A stretch of DNA of 64,000 nt, from the NCBI RefSeq assembly GCF_009914755.1, contig NC_060943.1. The stretch is one strand, 5' to 3'. Under the pieces are notes generated by a model that did no database searches, had not been told where the DNA came from, and saw only the letters and a list, made by a program, of their open reading frames with translations. Shown piece by piece: positions 21,202 to 36,312 of the stretch. Made by a program: the position numbers and the translations under genes. Numbering within the stretch: position 1 is the stretch's first letter; each line of letters starts with the position of its first letter. This DNA comes from the human T2T-CHM13v2.0 reference genome, Homo sapiens.

Positions 21202-24200
21202 GTGAGTGGGTCTTGGGGGCCGTGTGTGGAGACCTGGGTCCGCTCCCCTGGAGTTCTGCCCTTCAGGACTTGGGGCTGCACTGGGGGAGGCTGCGCCGCC
21301 GACCTGGGAGGGATGCAGACCTGCCTGGCTGAGGGGAGATGAGGGTTGGCCTTCCCCTCGTGGCCTCAGACTGGGGTCTGGATTTGGGGTGTCGGGGTAG
21401 GTGAAGGCAGCAGAGTTGGGGGGTTGAGGACTTTGCTCGGGGTTCCTAGAAAGTAGAGGCCTGGGTAGGGTCCTCACGAATAGACCCGAGGAAGCTGCCC
21501 TGGGCTCCAGCTCCTGAGAAAGACGCACACCTAGAGTCAGGCATGCAAACTTCAAAGAGACAGAAACCAAGAGCTCCCACCCCCAGAAACACAATCCGGC
21601 CCCAAGGCACGGAGCCAAAGAGGAAAAGCACAAAGCCAGACCATCACCCAGTGATGGAAACTGGGTCAAACTCACAACTGCAGGGCCACACACCTAGAGC
21701 GCGGCCGGGACTGTTAACAGAGCCATGCTTCCTGGGACAGAGAGACCCCTGGGTCCTGGAGATAGGGCCAGAGACCCCTCCTGTCAGAGCCACAGCTGGC
21801 AGGATCCACAGCCACAGACACTCCCTGTGCTGAGAAATTCTGTTGCAGAGATGCATCAGAATCCAGACACTCACCTGGATGGTAACCCTGCACGCTCAAA
21901 CCCATTGTCACCAAGACACACACCCAGGAGGACAGTGGCACCAGCCAAGATAGACTGAACGAAGCCAGATGACACCTGGAAAGGGACATTCTTTTTTTTT
22001 TTTTTTGAGATGGAGTCTCGCTCTGTCGCCCAGGCTGAAGTGTAGTGGCGCAATCTCAGCTCACCGCAACCTCCGCCTCCCGGGTTCAAGCAATTATCCT
22101 GCCTCAGCCTCCTGAGTAGCTGGGACTATATGCGCTCACCACCAAACCCGGCTAAGTTTTGTATTTTTAGTAGAGACAGGGTTTCACCATATTGGTCAGG
22201 CTGGTCTCGAACTGCTGACCTCAGGTGATCCACCCGCCTCGGCCTCACGAAGTGCTGGGATTATATGCATGAGCCACTGCGCCTGGCCAGAAAAAGACAT
22301 TCTTAGAAACACGCCAGGGCGACGGTCCATGCAGCACACCTGTGCAAACACGCAATGTGCAGGCCCCCCAGAAACATGACTGAAGGTGTAGGGACAAACT
22401 CCCAGACAGGGGCTGTCCCTGTCATGCAGACAGACTAGCCACGGAGGGACAGAAGCAGACCCCCTTACTGAGTCATAATCTTAGAATGCACACACACTTG
22501 CAGGGACACCCGAGGGAAAACAGACACCTCTTCAGGAATCCAGATACAGCCAGGGAGATAGGACACCCCTACGGGAAACACTGTCACAGACAGCAAACCC
22601 AGAGAGACAGCTGTCCCGCTCTGGGCTCGCCTGGCGCGTGAGGATGCACATAAGTCCCCGGAGGAAGACGTCACACAGACACGCTGGGGGCAAAACTAAT
22701 CCAGGACAGCAACGGCTGCACACGGAGGAATGTCATCCCTCACTCACAGACCCTCAGACGGAAAATCAAAGACACCCTGGGAGGAGCTTCTTCCCAGGAA
22801 CCCTCCCGAAACTCCCCGAAACTCCTCCGAAATTATCCAGAAAGTCCGTTAGGGAGATTCTCATTCAACAAATATGTGTTTCCTGTTTGCTAGGCACTCT
22901 TGCTGAGGTTGGGAATACAATGGTGAATGAGCCACAGTCCCTGCCCTCAGTAGCACACCCAGGGGAGGGTCAGCTCCACCCGCCCAGACAGACACCGAAC
23001 TGGAAATACACCCCTAACCTCTACCCCAGATACACCTGACAAGCTGATCCCCTGCCCACACACCCAGCAGGTGGCTCCAAGGTCAGAGCCTGCAGAACAC
23101 AGACGCAATAGAGAAAGACTCAGCGCTGTGGAAAGACACCCCCACCTACCCACGACAGTGGCCACAGGGCCACCCCCAGCCAATAACACCATTACAAAGA
23201 CACGTGCCTTCAGATAATGCCTGCAGAAACGTGCATGCTCCAAGCACTCTAGAAATCCCGTCTCAAGCAGTGAGTGCCCCGACAGCCACAGCCAGAGGAG
23301 ACACACTCAAAGCTCCTGGGGTCACTCTCAGAGGGTCTCTGAGCCACGAACCCACATCCAGGCACACACAGAGTCGTCACAGAGACACAGTATGGAGTCC
23401 ACAGCAGCACGAACATAGGATACGAACGCCGCACCACAGGACAGATCTATCTTTAGGGAGACTCAGAGAACTTTTTATTTTTAATAGAGACAGGGTCTCG
23501 CTATGTTGGCCAGGCTGGTCTTGAACTCCTGGCCTCAAAGCATTCCTCCAGCTTTGGCCTCCCAAAGTGCTGGGATTACAGGTATGAGCCAGCACACTAA
23601 GCCTGATTCAGAGCTTTGAACCCTAGACATATGAACAGACTCAGCTTCGAGTTCCAAAACACCAATGCCACCTCCAGAAACAGAGACAAGCCTCCCAAGA
23701 TAGGCTCAACCTGGTCCAGTTAGTGACCAGCACAGGAGAAAAATCTGTTTCACTCCTCAACCCAGTGTATAGTTAGAGACATATATACCACCCTACCCCC
23801 TACCAAAAAAGATTTTATCCTCCTTTTTTTAATGCTATTTGTGAGTCACTAAGCTGATTTGACAGCCCGCTGGGTCATGACCCCCTGTTTGAAAACAACA
23901 GAAACAGATGTCCTTCCTGGGTCTCAGCCCCTCCTGTGTGTCGAGGTGTAGAGGTGGGGTCAGGTGTGGGTGAACCCCCCACCCCCGTCTGTCCCAGTTA
24001 TGCCTTGCATGCAGGGATGGGGGAAGTGGATGTGGGTAGGTTCTGGTTACATTGACTTCTGTCCCTGGCTTGGGGCCCAGGAGCCCCATCCCTCCCTGCT
24101 CACACTGCCCTCCTCAGCACTTCATGGCTTCCTCTCTCTCTCCGCCTCCCCACTACCTCCCATCCCCCATCCCCACCTGCTCAGCCCCTGCAGGGAGCAC

Positions 24201-24945
24201 TAAGGAAGTCCCACTGTCCCGGTCTGTGAGAACCCCATTTTACACACTGGGGATAAGTGGCCTAGAGATGAGGCAGCCACGGCACTTGGAATAAATGCTC
24301 CCAGCCACTCAAGAGGGCAGAATTATCAGGAATCTGTGGCCCTCTGCAGAGAGCTTTGGGATCAGACAGCCTCCCACTGAAACCCAGCTGTCCTCCCCCG
24401 AGGGGGTGTGGCCCCCAAGCTCATAGCTTTGTGAGTACCCCACAGCACATTCAGGGAGGGCTGCGAAGTCAGATGGCACCAGGGTCCTGGCCAGTGACCG
24501 GGCGGCCAGATCTATTGCATCCAAATAGCCAGCTTCCACTCGGCTACGGCGATCGCCAGACATGGGAGTTTGGTGTTGCTAGATCTGATTTGTCCCCCTA
24601 AGAGAAACCTGGATTTTTAAGTGAAATCGCCTGATTTTTGAAAGGTTGGCTAGCAATTTAAATTTTGCAAAACACTAACACCTGGGGACCACCGGTTGGC
24701 ATCCCCCTCCTTGTACAAAGTGGTGCTCAGGCTGTAGCGAAGGGCGGAGGGGCTTCTGCTTCCCCACCCCCCTCCTCCTCCTCCTCCATTCTTCTGCCCA
24801 GAGTCACCCCCTCATTCTGGTCACTCCCGCTCCCTCCATCCCCGCCTATCCTGCATCTCCCCCACCCCCTCACTCCCCAGAGCGATCCTCGTGATCTTGT
24901 GTCTCCCTTTCTCTCTCTCTCACCCCTCCTTCTCTCTCTCCTCAG

Positions 24946-25343
24946 AAACCCCCAGGGCCTCGCCCCGAGATGTGGGCCCGCTGGTGTGGGGGGCCGTGGG
25001 GGGGACACTGCTGGTGCTGCTGCTTCTGGCTGGGGGGTCCTTGGCCTTCATCCTGCTGAGGGTGAGGAGGAGGAGGAAGAGCCCTGGAGGAGCAGGAGGA
25101 GGAGCCAGTGGCGACGGGGGATTCTACGATCCGAAAGCTCAGGTGTTGGGAAATGGGGACCCCGTCTTCTGGACACCAGTAGTCCCTGGTCCCATGGAAC
25201 CAGATGGCAAGGATGAGGAGGAGGAGGAGGAGGAAGAGAAGGCAGAGAAAGGCCTCATGTTGCCTCCACCCCCAGCACTCGAGGATGACATGGAGTCCCA
25301 GCTGGACGGCTCCCTCATCTCACGGCGGGCAGTTTATGTGTGA
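24946..25343 (+). CDS. NECTIN2: Nectin-2 alpha terminal exon (TM + cytoplasmic tail, afadin-binding AVYV)
   Basis: Long CT tract then ctcag|AAACC; ETPRASPRDVGPLVWGAVGGTLLVLLLLAGGSLAFILL RVRRRRK ... DEEEEEEEEK ... ISRRAVYV*. Confidence 0.97.
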
Positions 25344-25638
25344 CCTGGACACAGACAGAGACAGAGCCAGGCCCGGCCCTCCTGCCCCCGACCTGACCAC
25401 GCCGGCCTAGGGTTCCAGACTGGTTGGACTTGTTCGTCTGGACGACACTGGAGTGGAACACTGCCTCCCACTTTCTTGGGACTTGGAGGGAGGTGGAACG
25501 GCACACTGGACTTCTCCCGTCTCTAGGGCTGCATGGGGAGCCCGGGGAGCTGAGTAGTGGGGATCCAGAGAGGACCCCCGCCCCCAGAGACTTGGTTTTG
25601 GCTCCAGCCTTCCCCTGGCCCCGTGACACTCAGGAGTT

Positions 25639-25644
25639 AATAAA
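25639..25644 (+). terminator. NECTIN2: Poly(A) signal of the NECTIN2 alpha isoform (intronic for delta)
   Basis: AATAAA about 295 nt after the stop codon, followed by GT-rich ggggtgtcttgt. Confidence 0.85.
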
Positions 25645-27100
25645 TGCCTTGGAGGAAAACATCAGGGGTGTCTTGTAATACATCAGACCCCCTCCTTGCA
25701 TGTTGGGGAAAGAGAGGGTGGGACAGGGACTCCTAGGTCCCAGGGCTGGGAAGAGCTGATCCACGCCCCCGGGGAACGAGAGCCTGGCAGGGGTTAGACT
25801 GGGGAAGGCTGTGGGGCTCGGACCACTTGGATCCTTGAAAGACGCATTGGATGGCCGAGAACCGCAAGGCTCGTGCAACTAGGATTCAGGTCACTGGATT
25901 GGGGACTCAGAGGCCTGGACATTTGGACTCCTGGGTCCCAGGACAGAGGCTGCCTTTCTGGATGGTGTGGCCAGACCCATCAGAGGCAGGAGTTCTCTGG
26001 ACTCCTGGGCCCTCGGGTGGAGGTGGGGGTGGGGACAGCAGGGGCTCAGCCAGGTTCCCTGCGTCCTGAGAGAATGAGGCCAGAGGGCTGTGATCCAGTG
26101 GAGCCTCAGACCTCAACTCCCCCAGGTTGCTGGGGGTCTCGGGAGGGGAGGGCTGCTCCCCACTCCCATTCTTAGGGGCCCTAAGGGCATGGGGCAGGCG
26201 GGGGGTGCTGGGGAAGTCCCACCTCTGGCCACCCCGACTGTGGCTCCCCTCCTTCTCCATCCTTGCCCCCAGGGATCACCCCAGGGGACTTTTCAGTGGC
26301 TCCCTGGGAGTGGCGGCAGCTCCCTCCAGCTCCTCTCAACTGGAAAAGCAAAGACGGGGGGAGGGGCGGCCCTTGGTCCTTGAACTCCCAGGCTCAGTAA
26401 GGGACAGGTTTTTACCCGCGTCACCTCTGCTTTCCCAAGCCTCCATGCCTCCTCTGTAACACGGGGCAGGTGTTTCCATCGGCCTCACAAGGCTGTCGTG
26501 GGACCCAGTAAGGACATGCCCGTGATTCCCTCATGCAGCCTCATTGACCTCCACAGACCCCACCAAGCCCTGTGCCAGGCAGTGCTGGGGCTGCAGCTGT
26601 GGCCTGCACAGACCCAGTGCCGTCCTCCGGTGTGCACGGCCATAATGACCACAAGAATAGCAGCAGTATGTTTAGGATGAAGGTGTGTGTGTGGACCGAG
26701 GGGCAGTCTCTCTCTCTCACTCCCCCACCCTCTGAAGCCCTCCAGAGGATGCCAGGCTGTGGAACGGGAGCAGTGGAGATCCAACAGTCCAGCGTCCTCT
26801 GGAAGCTTCCTCCTCATCTGGAGAGTGAGGCCGATGCATGCGTGACCCCCACGGGCCCTTCCATACTTGTTACTTCCTCTGGTTGTTTGTTGTCTGTACT
26901 CACCCACCCACCCCACCCGGACAACCGGAGGGCAGGGGCGGGGAATTGGGTCCGCCTGGCACACAGTGGATCCTTCAGTGCCATGCTGAGTCCTCCTTAC
27001 ACACCCAGCAAACACCTACTGTGTGCCGAACCTCAGGCACACAGTCTAGTATGGAAATTGGCAAGTAAACGGGTAACCACTCCAAAAACTCTTCCATTAG

Positions 27101-27334
<234 letters not shown>

Positions 27335-28931
27335 TGAGTAACGCACCCAGCCTTTTTTTTTTTAAGAAGTGGGGTGGTCTCCCTATATTACCCAGATTGG
27401 GCTCAAACTCCTGGGCTCAAGCGATCGATCCTCCCACTTCAGCCTCCAAAAGTGCTGGGATGACAGGTGTGAGTCACTGTGCCTGGCCCCTGGCTAATTT
27501 TTTTTTTTTTTTTTTAAGACGGAGTTTCACTCTTATCCAGGCTGGAGTGCAATGGCGCGATCTTGGCTCATGGCAACCTCCACTTCCCAGGTTCAAGCAA
27601 TTCTCCTGCCTCAGCCTCCTGAGTAGCTGGGATTACAGGCGCGCGCTAGCATGCCCAGCTAACATTTTGTATTTTTAGTAGAGACAGGGTTTCTCCATGT
27701 TGGTCAGGCTGGTCTCAAACTCCCAACCTCAGGTAATCCACCTGCCTCGGCCTCCCAAAGTGCTGGGATTACAGGCGTGAGCCAACGCGCCCGGCTAGCC
27801 CCAGCTAATTTTTAAAATTTTTTCTAGAGATGAGGTCTTGTGCTCGTTGCCCTGGCTGGTCTTGAACAATCCGCCCGCCTCGCCCTCCCAAAGCGCTGGG
27901 ATTACAGGCGTCAGTCACTGCCCCAAGCCCTAACCCCCTTCCTGATAAGTGGAAGGAGATTCTAGTCCCCAGAGGTGATTCTGGATCCCAGAATTCTGTC
28001 CCCGCATTCTCTGTCTTCTAGCCGCCCCTGGTCCTGTCTCCTCTCCTCTCATCTTCCCACTCTGCCCCGCCTCATTCTGCCCCAGCTACACAGTCTACTT
28101 GCTGTTCTTTAAAAACAATACAAGGCAGGCCGAGCACGGCATAATCCCAGAACGTTGGGAGGCCGAGGCGGGAGGATCACTTGAGCCCAGGAGTTCAAGA
28201 CCAGCCTGGGCAACATGGCAAAACCCCATCTCTACAAAAAAATTAAAAAAAAAAAAAAAAAGCTGGGCCTGGCGGCACATGCCTGTAGTTCCAGCCACTC
28301 CGGAGGGTGAGGTGGGAGGATCGCTTGAGCCCAGGAGATTGGGGCTACAGTTGGTGGTGATCATGCCACTGCACTCTAGCCTGGGTGACAAAGCGAGACC
28401 GTCTCAAAAAAAACCATAGAGCCCCACAAGCCTCCTGCAGGGCCGCTGGCTGTTTGCGCTGCCTGCGATACCCCCAGACACTCTCATGACTCATCCCCGG
28501 TGTCTCTTTCAGGCCCTTGCTCAGTTGTCACCTTACAGTAAGGTAGAGGCCCTCCCACTACCTTCGGGGACCCCACTTTGCACCTCCTATCACTTCCGCA
28601 CTGTATATTTTTGTATCCCCCGTGACTTACTCCCATCTGGCATGTGAGCTATTGTACTGGTTTGCTTACTGTTGTTCTCCCTGCCCAACCAGAATCAAAG
28701 TTCCATGAAGGTAGACACTTTGTATGTTTTGTTCTCCACTCATCTCCCATGCGGGGCACACATCCTCGCTCCTTCCTCATGCTCAGCAGTTTGAGTTGAA
28801 TGAAAGAATGTCCCCTGCCCATGGGAGAGGACATAGACAGGCAGGCGATGATGTGGGGTGGGATGGTCGCTTGGAATAAGGAGCTGTGGCTTCCTCCTGG
28901 AGACCCCCTCACGCTGTCCCTCTCCTTGCAG

Positions 28932-29085
28932 AGACCCCCAACACAGCAGGCGCAGGGGCCACAGGCGGCATCATCGGGGGCATCATCGCCGCCATCATTG
29001 CTACTGCTGTGGCTGCCACGGGCATCCTTATCTGCCGGCAGCAGCGGAAGGAGCAGACGCTGCAGGGGGCAGAGGAGGACGAAGA
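28932..29085 (+). CDS. NECTIN2: Nectin-2 delta exon 6 (transmembrane helix)
   Basis: ttgcag|AGACC and GAAGA|gtaagt; 154 nt; ETPNTAGAGATGGIIGGIIAAIIATAVAATGILICRQQRKEQTLQGAEEDE. Confidence 0.97.
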
Positions 29086-29411
29086 GTAAGTGATGGGCCC
29101 TGAGACGGGGATGGGAGAGGGGTCGAAGAACTGAGGAGTATGGGGTAGGGGTGAGGGTGGGAGAAAATTCTCCATAATGGCTGTGTGAAACAGACAGACC
29201 TAAAGGAACTGGGGTCTAAATGCAGTAGGGAGGTATGGGTTTCTCTCTGCTATAAAGTATGGCATTGAATTTAAAAATTAGCTGGGGGCCAGGCACAGTG
29301 GCTTACACCTGCCATCCCAGCACTTTTGGAGGCTGAGGTGGGGAGATCGATCGTTTGAGCCCAGGAATTTGAGCCCAGTCTGGGTAACATAGGAAGACTA
29401 CCCCCATCTAC

Positions 29412-29443
<32 letters not shown>

Positions 29444-29927
29444 CGCAGGGTGGCTCTGACCGCTCCGCTCTGCAAAGACTCCTCGGAGCCCAGGATCCTA
29501 CTACTTTTTTTTTTTTTTTTGTGACGGAGTCTCACTCTGTCACCGAGGCTGGAATACAGTGATGCAATCTCGGCTCACTGCAAGCTCTGCCTCCCAGGTT
29601 AAAGCAATTCTCCTGCCTCAGCCTCCGGAGTAGCTGGGAATACAGGCGCCCACCACCATGCCCAGCTAATTTTTTGGATTTTTAGTAGAGACAGGGTTTC
29701 ACTGTGTTAGCCAGGATGGTCTCTATCTCCTGACCTTGGGATCCCCCCTCCTCAGACTCCAAAAGTGCTGGGATTACAGGCGTGAGCCACCATGGCTGGC
29801 CAGTTGTTAATAAAAGAAGAAAGGGCGGTTCCTAAATTGTTATGGAGAATTTACATTAAAATAACGTAAGCTATTGATTGGCTATCCATTGCTCTTTGTA
29901 TCACAAATTCCAGAAACCTGAAGATAA

Positions 29928-30350
<423 letters not shown>

Positions 30351-30819
30351 TGAACATCAAAGTGAGACACCATCTCTAAAAAAATAAAACAAACAAAATT
30401 AGCCAGGCAAAGTGGTGCACACCTGTGGTCCAGCTCCTCAGGAGGCTGGGGTGGGAGGTCACTTGAGCCCAGGAGCTCAAGTCTGCAATGAGCTATGATC
30501 ATGCCACTGCACTCTAGCCCAGGTGACAGAGCAAGACCCTGTATCTTAAAAAATAAAAGACTGGGCACGGTGCCTCACACCTGTAATCCCAGCACTTTGG
30601 GAAGCCAACCCAAGTAGATAACTTGAGCTCAGGAGTTCGAGACCAGCCTGGGCAACATGGCGAAACCTGTCTACAAAAAAAATACAAAAATTACCCAGAC
30701 CTGGTAGCCCATGCCTGTAGTCCCAGCTACTTGGGTGGGCTGAGGTGGGGGTGGGGGCATGTGGAGGCTGCAGTGAGCTATGATCACACCACTGTACTCC
30801 AGTCTGGCCAACAGAGTGA

Positions 30820-31212
<393 letters not shown>

Positions 31213-31645
31213 TGATGCACAGGAAGGTCTGTTACACCACTGTCTTAATCATCTAGTTAGTTCAAACCAATAACTTGCTGCTGATCTCCTCTGTGTGCAG
31301 CTCCATGCTGTGACCCACTGTGTCCGAGACGGCCTGGAGCTCACAATATGGAGGAGGAGACAAAACTGTCTCCAGATAGTGATGGTGTAGCATGACCAGT
31401 GATGGGATAGGGCAGTTGAGCAAGCTCTGAGAAGCCAGAGGGGGCATCTGACCCAGGCTGGATGGTCAGGTAGGGCTTCCTGGAAGAGGGGACATCTGAG
31501 CTGACAGAATGCATCGTAAGCACCTGTCATTACTGTATGCTTTGGTCTGTGGGTGTGTAGAATGAGGGACAGGAACTTTAACCTAATTTGAGGGACAGGA
31601 AGGCACTTCATTTATTCATTCATTCTTTTCACAAATATTTACTGA

Positions 31646-32387
<742 letters not shown>

Positions 32388-32657
32388 TAACATTTCAAGT
32401 ACAAATTCAGTAAGTGCCCTGAGGGGGAAGTACAGCTAGGTATGTCCGTGTAACAGGAATTCCTGATCCACTGGGGAAACCTGAAGGCTTCCGGGAAAAA
32501 GAGGAATTCATGGAATGAATAAAAACTCTTACTCCAGGCAAGAAAAGGGGGCAGGGGAAAGGGAGACCCAGGTAGAGGGAACAGCATGTGCCATAACCCC
32601 GGAGTCAGAGGGATGCCTGGGTCTTAATCTCCACTTGTCCTACCTCCTACCCCACAG

Positions 32658-32721
32658 CCTGGAGGGACCTCCCTCCTACAAGCCACCGACCCCAAAAGCG
32701 AAGCTGGAGGCACAGGAGATG
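32658..32721 (+). CDS. NECTIN2: Nectin-2 delta exon 7
   Basis: ccacag|CCTG and GATG|gtgagc; 64 nt; LEGPPSYKPPTPKAKLEAQEM. Confidence 0.96.
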
Positions 32722-32853
32722 GTGAGCACTTTCCCTGGAGCCCAAGCTATCCCCACCTCCACACCCACCCCAGGGCTGGGAGGGGCCTGGCAGGGAGAAG
32801 CTGGCTGGGTGGTGGGGGCAGTTCCTGACCTCCCCGCCCCTCTCCCACTACAG

Positions 32854-32940
32854 CCCTCCCAGCTCTTCACTCTGGGGGCCTCGGAGCACAGCCCACTCAA
32901 GACCCCCTACTTTGATGCTGGCGCCTCATGCACTGAGCAG
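32854..32940 (+). CDS. NECTIN2: Nectin-2 delta exon 8
   Basis: ctacag|CCC and GCAG|gtagga; 87 nt, phase 0/0; PSQLFTLGASEHSPLKTPYFDAGASCTEQ. Confidence 0.96.
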
Positions 32941-33140
32941 GTAGGAGCTCATGGGAAGACAAAGGTGGGTTGGGGGTCTGGGTTGAAGGGCCAGGGGTCA
33001 GGCCTGGCAAAAGAGGTCAAAGACTAAAGGTCATAACTCAAGGTCAAGGGTGTGTCCCCGGTTGGTGCTTAATGCATTGAGATGTGTTCAGGATTCCATG
33101 GGGGAGGTCAGGGGTGAAAAGGCCCAAGGTCACAAGGTTA

Positions 33141-34404
<1,264 letters not shown>

Positions 34405-34830
34405 CTACATTTGCTGGATACTGTGCCTGAAGCTGGGACAAGACAAATCAAGTCACTCCCCTCAGTGGTCTACTGGAGGTCAGGGGTCAGACACTGAGGT
34501 TGCGCTCAAGGTTCAAAGGACTGTTTAGAGCCCAAGGTTAAGTATTTGAGGTCAAGACTGAGGTGAAAGGTTCATGGGGAAAGATTTGCAGAGATCGAGT
34601 GTCAAAAGTGAGTCCCAGGATTAACAGGGTGAGTTGCACGAGCTGGGCTTTGGGTTAAGGAAGGGCTGAATGAATGTCCCAGTGCAATATGGCCTCAGGG
34701 GACAAGGAGTGAGGTGGCATCTTGTTGGCATGGGGAGAGAGCGGTCAGGATTTTGGGGTCAAGAGCAGATTGGTAATCTGTGTCGTGCGTAGGAAGTGAT
34801 CTTGAGTTCCTGTCCTCTCTCTACCTCCAG

Positions 34831-35100
34831 GAAATGCCTCGATACCATGAGCTGCCCACCTTGGAAGAACGGTCAGGACCCTTGCACCCTGGAGCCACAA
34901 GCCTGGGGTCCCCCATCCCGGTGCCTCCAGGGCCACCTGCTGTGGAAGACGTTTCCCTGGATCTAGAGGATGAGGAGGGGGAGGAGGAGGAAGAGTATCT
35001 GGACAAGATCAACCCCATCTATGATGCTCTGTCCTATAGCAGCCCCTCTGATTCCTACCAGGGCAAAGGCTTTGTCATGTCCCGGGCCATGTATGTGTGA
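34831..35100 (+). CDS. NECTIN2: Nectin-2 delta terminal exon, coding part (afadin-binding AMYV); 3'UTR continues to about 35940
   Basis: ctccag|GAAATG; EMPRYHELPTLEERSG...EDEEGEEEEEYLDK...FVMSRAMYV*. Confidence 0.97.
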   Translation, partial: EMPRYHELPTLEERSGPLHPGATSLGSPIPVPPGPPAVEDVSLDLEDEEGEEEEEYLDKINPIYDALSYSSPSDSYQGKGFVMSRAMYV

Positions 35101-36057
35101 GCTGCCATGCGCCTGGCGTCTCACATCTCACCTGTTGATCCCTTAGCTTTCTTGCCAAGGATCTAGTGCCCCCTGACCTCTGGCCAGGCCACTGTCAGTT
35201 AACACATATGCATTCCATTTGTGATGTCTACCTTGGTGGCTCCACTATGACCCCTAACCCATGAGCCCAGAGAAATTCACCGTGATAATGGAATCCTGGC
35301 AACCTTATCTCATGAGGCAGGAGGTGGGGAAGGTGCTTCTGCACAACCTCTGATCCCAAGGACTCCTCTCCCAGACTGTGACCTTAGACCATACCTCTCA
35401 CCCCCCAATGCCTCGACTCCCCCAAAATCACAAAGAAGACCCTAGACCTATAATTTGTCTTCAGGTAGTAAATTCCCAATAGGTCTGCTGGAGTGGGCGC
35501 TGAGGGCTCCCTGCTGCTCAGACCTGAGCCCTCCAGGCAGCAGGGTCCCACTTACCCCCTCCCCACCCTGTTCCCCAAAGGTGGGAAAGAGGGGATTCCC
35601 CAGCCCAAGGCAGGGTTTTCCCAGCACCCTCCTGTAAGCAGAAGTCTCAGGGTCCAGACCCTTCCCTGAGCCCCCACCCCCACCCCAATTCCTGCCTACC
35701 AAGCAAGCAGCCCCAGCCTAGGGTCAGACAGGGTGAGCCTCATACAGACTGTGCCTTGATGGCCCCAGCCTTGGGAGAAGAATTTACTGTTAACCTGGAA
35801 GACTACTGAATCATTTTACCCTTGCCCAGTGGAATAGGACCTAAACATCCCCCTTCCGGGGAAAGTGGGTCATCTGAATTGGGGGTAGCAATTGATACTG
35901 TTTTGTAAACTACATTTCCTACAAAATATGAATTTATACTTTGACCAGGTCTTGCCTTTTCTGTGGGATGTGAAGGGGATGGGGTGAGACATGAAGGGGA
36001 ATGAGGAAGGAGTCTAAGGGCTTGAGAGAATCAGTGAACTGGGGTCAAGAGAGTTAA

Positions 36058-36312
<255 letters not shown>

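Noticed and set aside
29438-29504. Odd 65-nt CpG-containing spacer between an A26 run and a T16 run
   Set aside because: It begins like a degenerate Alu right arm and is too short to assign. There is no evidence of a foreign insertion.
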